Assembly (NCBI RefSeq): GCF_000281045.1
Contig: NW_008246093.1
Location: 696,425-716,424, forward strand
Source: Saprolegnia diclina VS20
Lineage: Eukaryota
Reading direction: 5' to 3'
Length of the DNA stretch: 20,000 nucleotides
Numbering within the stretch: position 1 is the stretch's first letter; each line of letters starts with the position of its first letter. Shown piece after piece: positions 8,937-17,182 of this stretch. The notes beneath the pieces are model-generated. The model was not told where the DNA came from. It did no database searches and saw only the letters and a program-made list of their open reading frames with translations. Made by a program: the position numbers and the translations under genes.

Positions 8937-10691
8937 ATGGCCTCCTACGCCCTTCACGTCGAGACGCCGCTCGCATCGGTGCAGCCCGTCACCCTCTCGT
9001 GGACGCACCTTGAGCTTCAAGTAGCAACCAAGGTCGAGCCAAAATTGATCTTGCACAAGCAGTCGGGCGTCGCCAAGCCTGGAGAACTCCTCGTGATCAT
9101 GGGTCCGTCGGGTGCCGGGAAGAGCTCGCTTCTGGACGTCCTCGCGGGCCGCCAGCCGCGCTACACGGGCGACATCCGCGTCAACGGCCAGCCCTACACC
9201 AAAGCGTCCATACGCCAACACACGTCGTACATTATGCAAACCGACGCCTTCTACCCGTCGCTCACGGTTCTGGAGCACCTTCTCTTCCAAGCGCAGCTGC
9301 GCACGCGCTGGTCGCCGGACGTGCGCCACGCCCGCGTGCTCTCGGTCCTCGATGCCATGGGCCTCTCGAAATGCCGGGACACGCAGATTGGCGACGACCA
9401 CCGCATTCGCGGGATCTCGGGCGGCGAGCGTAAGCGCCTGAGCATTGCGTCCGAGCTACTCACAAACCCGTCGCTGCTCTTTGTCGACGAGCCCACGTCG
9501 GGTCTCGACAGCTTCATGGCCGAGTCGGTCGTGGCGCAACTCCAAGCCCTTGCCCGAGCGGGCCGCACGGTTGTCGCGACCATCCACCAGCCATCGGCCG
9601 AGGTCTTTGCAGCCTTTGACACGCTCTACCTGTTATCCAACGGATCACCCGTCTACGTGGGGCCTGCGGCGTCGGCCAAGGAGTATTTTGCGTCCGTCGG
9701 GCACGTCTGCCCCATGTATGTCAACCCAACCGACTACTTTATGCGCGAACTCATGCTCGCCGAGCGGGCGCCGACCAACAACCTCGTGGCTGTGTGGCGT
9801 AGTGCCACGTATGTCTCGGACGCCAGCGACGCGGCGCCACTGACAGAGCGAGAAGGCGTTGCTTTGCCACGCCTTTTCGCCGTGCTCTGTCGACGCAACG
9901 TCCTTCGCATCCTTCGCGACAAGATGGCGTTCCGGGCCAAGGTGGCTCAGAACTTGTTTGTGTCTATGGTCGTGGGCTTGATCTACTGGCAGCTGCCACT
10001 GACGCAGCTCGGAATTCAGTCGTTCACGGGCGTCCTCTTCTTCATCGTGATCCACCAGTTCTTTGGCATGGCCGCGCCCGAGTTTGCCGCCGTCGCGCTC
10101 GAGCTGCCCATCATGGTGCGCGAGTTTCGAAGTGGTTTGTACCCGTCGTACGTTTGGTATTGCGCCAAGAATGCCAGTGAGCTCGGCCTCCAAGTCCTCT
10201 TCCCACTTGTGTTTTTGCTGCCCGCGTATTTCATGGTCGGGTTCCCGCTCTCGCTCGTCGTCTGGAGCTCGTTCTACCTCTTTTTGGCGCTGCTCGGGTC
10301 GGCGGCCACGGGCCTCGGCTACATGGTGTCCTGCGTCGTCCAGCGGCCCGAAATTGCGCCGGTCGTTGGCATCATGGTGCTCCTCCCGTTCCTCATCTTT
10401 GGCGGCCTCTTCCTCAACGCGGCCATGACGCCTGTCTACTTCAAGTGGCTCGAGGTCATTTCGCCCATGAAGTACGCGTTCCGAGGCCTTAGCCGCGCCT
10501 TCTGGTCCCATATCGCGTTTATTCCATGCGAGACCAGCTGCATTGCTCGAGACGGCGCCACCGTCTTGGCCAACATGAGCTTGGACGGCGGGTCGTTGTA
10601 CGGCGATGCGCTCCTCCTCGTCGCTATCAACGTGCTCTTCCGTGTCCTCGGCGGGCTCTTCCTTGCACTGCGACTTGGAGGCCAGCAATAA
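8937..10691 (+). CDS. ABCG (White-family) half-size ABC transporter, 584 aa
   Basis: NBD-then-TMD order. Walker A GPSGAGKS, signature ISGGERKRL, Walker B LLFVDEPTSGLD, H-loop TIHQPS and NPTDY motif, then about six hydrophobic helices. Confidence 0.96.
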   Translation: MASYALHVETPLASVQPVTLSWTHLELQVATKVEPKLILHKQSGVAKPGELLVIMGPSGAGKSSLLDVLAGRQPRYTGDIRVNGQPYTKASIRQHTSYIMQTDAFYPSLTVLEHLLFQAQLRTRWSPDVRHARVLSVLDAMGLSKCRDTQIGDDHRIRGISGGERKRLSIASELLTNPSLLFVDEPTSGLDSFMAESVVAQLQALARAGRTVVATIHQPSAEVFAAFDTLYLLSNGSPVYVGPAASAKEYFASVGHVCPMYVNPTDYFMRELMLAERAPTNNLVAVWRSATYVSDASDAAPLTEREGVALPRLFAVLCRRNVLRILRDKMAFRAKVAQNLFVSMVVGLIYWQLPLTQLGIQSFTGVLFFIVIHQFFGMAAPEFAAVALELPIMVREFRSGLYPSYVWYCAKNASELGLQVLFPLVFLLPAYFMVGFPLSLVVWSSFYLFLALLGSAATGLGYMVSCVVQRPEIAPVVGIMVLLPFLIFGGLFLNAAMTPVYFKWLEVISPMKYAFRGLSRAFWSHIAFIPCETSCIARDGATVLANMSLDGGSLYGDALLLVAINVLFRVLGGLFLALRLGGQQ

Positions 10692-10738
10692 TCACCATTA
10701 TTGTTATCTTAATAAGATGAAATCCATGTACATGCTGA

Positions 10739-11875
10739 CTACGTGAGCACCTTGACCTTCTTGCCATTCACAAAATGGACCTCAACCTCGCCCGTCGCCT
10801 TTTCTAGCACTCGGTCGACGAGGCGGTTGGCCATGCTCTTCATCTGATCAATCTCTCGGCCGTCGTGGTCGTGCAGATGGTTGCAGCCTCCTTGAAGGTA
10901 CGGGCACTCGGAGCCATACTTACAGTACGTCGTCTTCCATAGACCTCGCATCATGATCGCCCGCGTCACACCGACGAGGATTCTATCCTCGTCCGTGTGC
11001 CAGTAGTTGCAGCCTGGGATTTTGCAAAACGCAGCACGTGTACATTGCTGGTAGAAGCGAGGTCGCAGCTGCGCCCGGTACCGGTCTTGCAGCTCCAGAA
11101 GCACCATCTTTACAAGATCCTGGAGCGGCTTATCCATCGACGCCATTTGCAAAGGCGGCGGCGCTTGATACGGCACAGGCGCCACATAGCTACTCGACAC
11201 CCGAGACGGCTCTGCACGCGTCGCTACGGCAGTCCGCGCCGAGTCGCCATCGTCGTACAACGTCGTCCGCACACCCAGAGGCTTGGGATCGACCCGCGTT
11301 GGCGACGGCGACGGCTCGCGCTCGGGCGACGCAAGTGGTGTCGCCCGAGGCGCGTGGTGCCGGACGGGCGCACGCGTCGTCTCGCTCTTGCCGTCGAGGC
11401 GGCCAAGGGCCCCGTGCAGCCACTCAAAGCACGTAACAATGCTCTTCATCTGGACACCTGCGATCGTGATCCACTCGGCCTTGATGCTTTCGAGAAGCGG
11501 CGCGTGGTCGGGCAGATCGGCGCTCGGCCTGCCATGCGTGTCCATGTTCTTGAAGACCTGGAAGCCCGTCATGCCCCAGCGCAGTGTGCGGAGGTACGTG
11601 CTCCCAGCCTTGGCGTCGATCGAGCTCAAGTGACTGCCGAGTCGGTCGAGGTGTCTTAAGGCTGCGTCAAACGACGCGACGCCGCCGCCGACCGCGTCGT
11701 TGACGACGATGTGCACGATGGTCTCCATGCTCTTGCGGTAGACGCCAAAGCCGCCCCACGCGTTGTCCCAGAGGAGGTCGCGGAAGCCGCGCAACTCTCT
11801 ACGGAAGTCCTGGCGCGGCCCGCGCGAGAGGAAGTCGCCGTCGGCGCACAGGTCGAGAAAGTCCAGGTGGTCCAT
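10739..11875 (-). CDS. Uncharacterised protein with two C-terminal CCCH-type zinc fingers, 378 aa
   Basis: Intact ORF with a probably helical N-terminal domain and a Pro/Ser linker. Fingers: C-x5-C-x4-C-x3-H (CTRAAFCKIPGCNYWH, 11044-10997) and C-x5-C-x6-C-x3-H (CKYGSECPYLQGGCNHLH, 10924-10871). INR-like TCATTCT lies upstream near 11950. Confidence 0.8.
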   Translation of the reverse strand: MDHLDFLDLCADGDFLSRGPRQDFRRELRGFRDLLWDNAWGGFGVYRKSMETIVHIVVNDAVGGGVASFDAALRHLDRLGSHLSSIDAKAGSTYLRTLRWGMTGFQVFKNMDTHGRPSADLPDHAPLLESIKAEWITIAGVQMKSIVTCFEWLHGALGRLDGKSETTRAPVRHHAPRATPLASPEREPSPSPTRVDPKPLGVRTTLYDDGDSARTAVATRAEPSRVSSSYVAPVPYQAPPPLQMASMDKPLQDLVKMVLLELQDRYRAQLRPRFYQQCTRAAFCKIPGCNYWHTDEDRILVGVTRAIMMRGLWKTTYCKYGSECPYLQGGCNHLHDHDGREIDQMKSMANRLVDRVLEKATGEVEVHFVNGKKVKVLT

Positions 11876-12851
11876 CGTCTTCGTCGTCGTGGGTTTCGCA
11901 AATACTGGCTGGCTTTGTGGCTATATATTTCCGGCCAATGGCATCGCGAGAATGAAAATGGAGCGCTCTGAGTGGTCAAAATCGATCGGCCTGTCAGCAC
12001 CAAGTGCAACGTGCGACGAAGGATCGAGGAGCTTGGTGCTTAGTTAGTCGCGTCGAATGCCCTACTACGACTATGACTACGGATATACTTTTGCGCTGTC
12101 CAAAGCCTCGAGGACGAGGGTGTCATCAAGGCCGTGCGCTCCTCCACCCAATGAACAACATGGTCAGGCCAAGAGCGGCCGGTCGTCGTGCCACGTCACG
12201 CGTACGGTCGACGGTCAATGCTTGATGCATCAGCTATGGCGTTTGAGCGCAATTCTTCAGCTTCCAAGAGAGATCCTATTATACTAGTGCTCTTCGGGCT
12301 CCTGGAGCTATCACTACAGCAGCGAACGATGACGACGCTTGCGCCGGTCGAACGTTCCTTGGCCGCCACCGTTGACGAGTTGCTCGTCGAAGTCGACGTT
12401 GCACGCAGTCTCCGCCCTCGGCAGCTGCGCGACCTACGTGCACATACCACTGTGCTGTACTTGGCGAGCCGCTCGAGCAGAGTTCGCACGGCCTGCCTCT
12501 TGGACCACTCGGACGATGTTCTTGGCGCCAGCTGCCAGCGCCGAACGCGACGCGAACCTTCCACGACCGAACGATCCAGCGCTGCAATGCAGACTGTACG
12601 TTCTGGCGGCCGTGCCAAGGCCACTGCAACCCCTCCCCAGCCTCAACCGCGACGCCTCCAAAGGCTGTGGGGATGACGCCGGTCTCTGGCGACCACGATC
12701 AACTCAAACGCGCAGATCAAGGCGCGTGCAACGCAGTGGCACGATGGGCAGGATCGTCAGCGCCGGCGGCGCGTCACGACCTCCAGTCTCGCTCCTACGC
12801 CCAGCTGTTTCCTTGGCACCGTACGTGGCGTTCCGAGCAAACACTGTGAGT

Positions 12852-12867
12852 TCATTTCCCAATTTGC
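12852..12867 (+). promoter_or_regulatory. INR+FPR core promoter
   Basis: TCATTTC-CC-AATTTGC is a full match to YCATTYY-N2-MWTTTNC, ending 19 nt before ATG 12887. Confidence 0.8.
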
Positions 12868-12886
12868 CACCACGTCCCGACCACCT

Positions 12887-13261
12887 ATGAACATCTTTAA
12901 GCTCTGCTGGCGCCGCATGCTCGGCAATCCCGACGAGTTTGTTGCCAAGAGCGCGCTCACGCCGCTCACGCAGACGGCCCTGCGCCGCGGCCACCTCGCG
13001 CGCAAGTCGTCGCTCGAGCTCTCGGACGTCGAGTTCTGGCGCATCATTGGCCTCACGGGCGCACCGCCATCGCCGCCGACCCTCTCGACCAATGCGCCGC
13101 GCCGGTCGAGCGTCGTCGACTTCGTGTACCAAACGTCCGTCGTGCTCGCGTTCCAGGACCTCCCCGCGATCTTCAAGCCCCGGACCCAGGTCACGCTGCC
13201 CAAGGCCATTCCGTCGCGCGACCAAGTCGACCCGACGCGCCCCGTCACGGCGACAGCCTAA
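12887..13261 (+). CDS. Small hypothetical protein, 124 aa
   Basis: ATG-initiated ORF with strong C/G third-position bias, a perfect INR+FPR upstream and an AT-richer 3' region. No recognisable domain. Confidence 0.75.
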   Translation: MNIFKLCWRRMLGNPDEFVAKSALTPLTQTALRRGHLARKSSLELSDVEFWRIIGLTGAPPSPPTLSTNAPRRSSVVDFVYQTSVVLAFQDLPAIFKPRTQVTLPKAIPSRDQVDPTRPVTATA

Positions 13262-13481
13262 GCGCCGAGACGCAGCGACTGCAGCTGCCTCCCGTATCAT
13301 TTATTAGATATGTATTAGACCAGCAGACGCCGGCCATTGGAAGCCACGCGTCGAGATATGATAGCCGCCCGAGCGCTATACCCTTATTAACAAAGAAACC
13401 AACTTCTCTGGATACAAATTTGCAGGCAAGAAGACGCGAGGTGCTCGAATGACACACGAGTGTATGAGCAGTAGATGCTTA

Positions 13482-15004
13482 CTACGCCGTGACCGCCGAC
13501 TGGAGCTGCAACAGGATCTGGCGCTGCTCATCGATCGAGAGACGGAGCACGCTCGTCACGATCGCTTCGACGTTGGTGTGGTACGACCTATGGAAATCAG
13601 ATCTGAGAGTGCTTTCAGACGCGCACGCACCAGATGAACGTCGAGCAGTAGACCGCGGTGAAGAGCGCCGTGATGAACTGGCAGTCCATGCGGTCCATGA
13701 CGCCACCGTGGCCGGGCAAGAGCGAGTCAAAGTCCTAGGTCAAGCGTTTAACGCGAGCGGTTCGCGGTAGCGTCGCATACCTTGAGCTTGTACGCACGCT
13801 TGATGGCCGACGCGTAAAACCCACCAAAGGGCGAAATCACCGAGGTAAAACTCGCAAAGACGATCGCGTGCAGCTATGATACTCTGTCAGCGTCTGCCAG
13901 CAGCGTCGATGTACAAGTACCTGAACAGGGAAGAGCTGGACGTGGGTCCAGGTCGGGACGTACGCCGTGACAAAGGCAGGGACCGCGTACGCGGTCTTGA
14001 CAAACACGGGGTGGACGTTGCACGTGAGCGGCTCGGGGAAGAACTGCGGGAGCGACTCGAGCGGGCACGTCATCCACGGCAAGGTCGCAAGCCACGAGGC
14101 CGAGAAGAAGGCAAAGACGAGCGTGCAGAAGAAGGCGCCGATGAAGCCCTCCCACGTCTTGTTGGGCGAGAGCTTCAAAAACTGGGTCTTGACAAACTTT
14201 TTCCCAAAGAGCTTGCCGCAGAAGTACGCAAAGCAGTCGTTGCACACGACGAGGGCGGACGGGAAGAAGAACCAGAAGAGGCCCTGGAAGATGTTGTCGA
14301 GCACGTAGCGCATCTGGAAGACAATGAGGCACAGCGTCACGATCGTCCACGTGAGCTGGCCCATTTGGTACTTGTAGTAGCCCTTCTTGAGGCTCAGCAC
14401 CGAGAAGACAAAGAGGAGCGCGTAGAGCGAGAACGAGACCCACGAGTGGTAGTGCGAGTACCACTTGATCCAGCCGTACTCCGAGTCGGCGCGCAAGAAC
14501 GCTTGCGACGAGTCGCCGTAGTTGTAGACCATCGCGACGCCAAACCAGCACCACTGCATTTATACGCATCAGCAACACCTCTTCCCGTCGCACAAGAGTA
14601 CCTGAATCGTGCGGAACCACGGCAGGTTCTTCTCGGCGTTGACGCGGAACCGGACGTTGACGAGCTCCCGGAAGATCATGGTCTATTAGCGCAAGGTGGA
14701 GCCTCGGCGTGCATGCTCGCCATGTACCTGCAGCAGTAGCACGAGCAGCGAGACGTAGAGGTGGCCTACACAGCGCCATGAGCCATTGCGGCGCCAGGTT
14801 GACGATGCGACTACCGCCGTAGATGATGAGCGAGTAGACGCCGATGAGCGAGAAGCCCGTGATGCAGCGCTTGATGAACGACGCCTTCTTCTTCTCGGCC
14901 TCGTCGACCTCGTTGACCTCTTCCTTGGCGGGCTTGGCGCGGCCGGCGCGGGGCGGCGACGTCTCGGGCGACGCGGCTCGGCGGTGGTGGAGCGTCGTCG
15001 TCAT
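13482..15004 (-). CDS. CDS1: Phosphatidate cytidylyltransferase (CDP-diacylglycerol synthase), ~414 aa; exons 15004-14815, 14765-14728, 14682-14602, 14553-13921, 13873-13781, 13734-13631, 13587-13482
   Basis: Family motifs [20 protein letters not shown] and [36 protein letters not shown]. Six GT-AG introns (49, 45, 48, 47, 46, 43 nt) give a continuous 1245-nt frame. Confidence 0.95.
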
Positions 15005-15721
15005 GAGTTTGCGGAAATGATGCTGCCTTCCGTAAACACGGGGAAATAGACATACGGATGGGAAAGGGCGGATAACCGGTTACGCGAACCGAACCGAGCG
15101 CGCGAAGATTCGAGAGCCGCCCGATGCCGGCGCCGTCATCCCTGCAGCACTGGCAGTTGATCATTACTCGAGCTAAGCTAGCCGGTTGGCGCTGGTTGCT
15201 GTGCGCTAATCGCACCGCTAGCGCGCCAGCGAGCGCCGTATCTTGAACTGTCGCGTTGACGATGATGGCAGCCTGTCCGTGACGTCGACATAGCTACTAC
15301 ACGGTACTCACTTGATCACAAAGTACGTGGACTCTACGCTCGTCTTGGTGCACCTTGCTGTACCTTGCTATGTGTCGTTGATCCCGGTGACGCCGCGTCT
15401 TTGCCGCCAGCGTCCTTCCTTCTTTGGTGGGCTAAGAGCTTAGAGCGTAGAGCTTAGGCTAGGCGCTAGCTTGGTGGCCCCTAGGCGCAGCGCCCTTTCC
15501 AGAGATAACGACATCTAGTACGTGACGTGTTGTTCTTGCTCGTCGCACATTGCATGGCGACGCTTGGCACAGCATCGCAACCGTGCGCCGGGAATGGAGA
15601 TTACCCACTGGGTTACCGCGTTAAAGAGCTTTAACCTTGGTTTAACCCGCAGATTACGCGGCTCTGATAAGTTCGCCGCACTTTCGCGCAACGGCGTTTC
15701 GATCGAAAAAGTTCATTTCAC

Positions 15722-15870
15722 GCTGGCGACCGCTGATTGGCCTGATTTCCTTCCGCGTCTGCGATTGGTGCAAAAGGATGGAGAATCCAAATGTAGGTCG
15801 TCTTTTTGACCAATCCAGTGGTCCCAAGTCGAAACTGGCCTCTTTCCCAGGCGTCCCATTTGCCATTTTC
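15722..15870 (+). promoter_or_regulatory. CCAAT-box cluster and FPR-like element upstream of the bZIP gene
   Basis: CTGATTGGC (15733-15741), GCGATTGG (15761-15768), GACCAATC (15808-15815) and CCCATTTGCCATTTTC (15855-15870, INR/FPR-like with spacing off by one). Confidence 0.55.
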
Positions 15871-15871
15871 A

Positions 15872-16987
15872 ATGCTGGACACGATGAACTCGCTCGACAT
15901 GTTCCTGACGCTGCCGGATGAGGAAGACGTCGCCGCCTTCCTCGAAGCGCCCATGGACATGGCCCTCTTCGACTCGATGATGGAGGTAGAGGAGGCCTCG
16001 GATGCCACCTCGACCGTCTGCTCGTCGCCGTCCAGCTACTGCTCAGACGACTCGCGCTCGTCGGCGTCGTCGTCGCCCGTCAACCACGCCAAGGTCGGCG
16101 GCGGCGGCTATGGCATGTACCCATGGGCCGCGACGCCACTCGCTACGGCGATGCCCATCGTCACGGACGTCAACTTGATCCCTTACGCGCTGCCGATGCA
16201 GGCCATGATGCCACCGATGGTGCAGAAGCGCCCGCTCGACGCTGACCCACTCGAGCCCACGACAAAGCGCTCGAAGCACGAGATCCGCCTCATGAAGAAC
16301 CGCGAGAGCGCCAACAAGTCGCGCCTGCGCCGGAAGAACCAGATCCACGACCTCGCGAGCGACGTCCAGGGGCTTACGGACGAGCGCAACGCGCTCAAGA
16401 CTGAGGTCGCGGCCCTCCGCGCCGAGAACCAGTCGCTCCGCGATCAGAACCAGTTTCTTCGCGGCCTCGTGTCCAGCGGTACCAACACGAACGTGCAGGC
16501 GGCGGTCACGTCCCTCGAAGAGGCGACGCCGGTCGTCCCGCAGCAGCCCAACTCGAAGAAGCTGGCTGCGCCCGTCGCGGGCTTTGTCCTCTGCGCATTT
16601 GTCTTTGGGATGACGCTCTTCTCGGACCCGTACGGCGATTCGACGGTCGCGGCGCAGCGTCGGTCGATGCGTGTGGTGCACGGCAGCGCGGGGCCCAAGA
16701 CGACGAATGGCTTCATGATGGCGTCGCCGATCGGCCTGCTGCCGTTTGTCACCGAGTACGTCTACTCCAACATGGGCCTCATCCAGAGCATCCTCATCAA
16801 CGTCATCTCGGCGCTGGTTGTCGCCGCCATTTACGTCTACCTCGTCGCGCCCAAGACCAAGCCGACTGAGTCGTCGCCACTCCACGTCAAGGTCAACGTC
16901 GACTCGAAGCTCAAGCGCCTCTGTTCCCGAGCGACGCGTCTCGTCGTGCGGGGCCGCAACGCGCTCAACCTCTCCAAGCTCAAATGA
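15872..16987 (+). CDS. Membrane-tethered bZIP transcription factor (ATF6/bZIP17/28-like), ~371 aa
   Basis: Acidic N-terminus; basic region RLMKNRESANKSRLRRK; leucine zipper with L at heptad spacing; then two hydrophobic segments, PVAGFVLCAFVFGMTLF and GLIQSILINVISALVVAAIYVYLVA. Start is ATG 15872, or 15884 as an alternative. Confidence 0.9.
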   Translation: MLDTMNSLDMFLTLPDEEDVAAFLEAPMDMALFDSMMEVEEASDATSTVCSSPSSYCSDDSRSSASSSPVNHAKVGGGGYGMYPWAATPLATAMPIVTDVNLIPYALPMQAMMPPMVQKRPLDADPLEPTTKRSKHEIRLMKNRESANKSRLRRKNQIHDLASDVQGLTDERNALKTEVAALRAENQSLRDQNQFLRGLVSSGTNTNVQAAVTSLEEATPVVPQQPNSKKLAAPVAGFVLCAFVFGMTLFSDPYGDSTVAAQRRSMRVVHGSAGPKTTNGFMMASPIGLLPFVTEYVYSNMGLIQSILINVISALVVAAIYVYLVAPKTKPTESSPLHVKVNVDSKLKRLCSRATRLVVRGRNALNLSKLK

Positions 16988-17182
16988 GCTACATTCATGT
17001 AAACTCGTAATTTATCCTGTGCACTCTATCTGCCCGGTAACCTCGCAAGCCGCTTCCATGCGACTGCGAGCGCATCCCTTGACGGTGTCAACGTGCACTA
17101 CTCGGCTACGTCATACAAGGAAGACATGCGTCGCATTCAATGTGCATGTTTCATGAAGATGATTAACCTCCGAAACTAGAAG

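Noticed and set aside
16440..16700. IRE1-type unconventional intron in the bZIP mRNA
   Set aside because: CNGCNG-like hexamers exist (e.g. CCGCAG at 16538), but I could not find paired stems around them by eye; unsupported without folding or RNA-seq.
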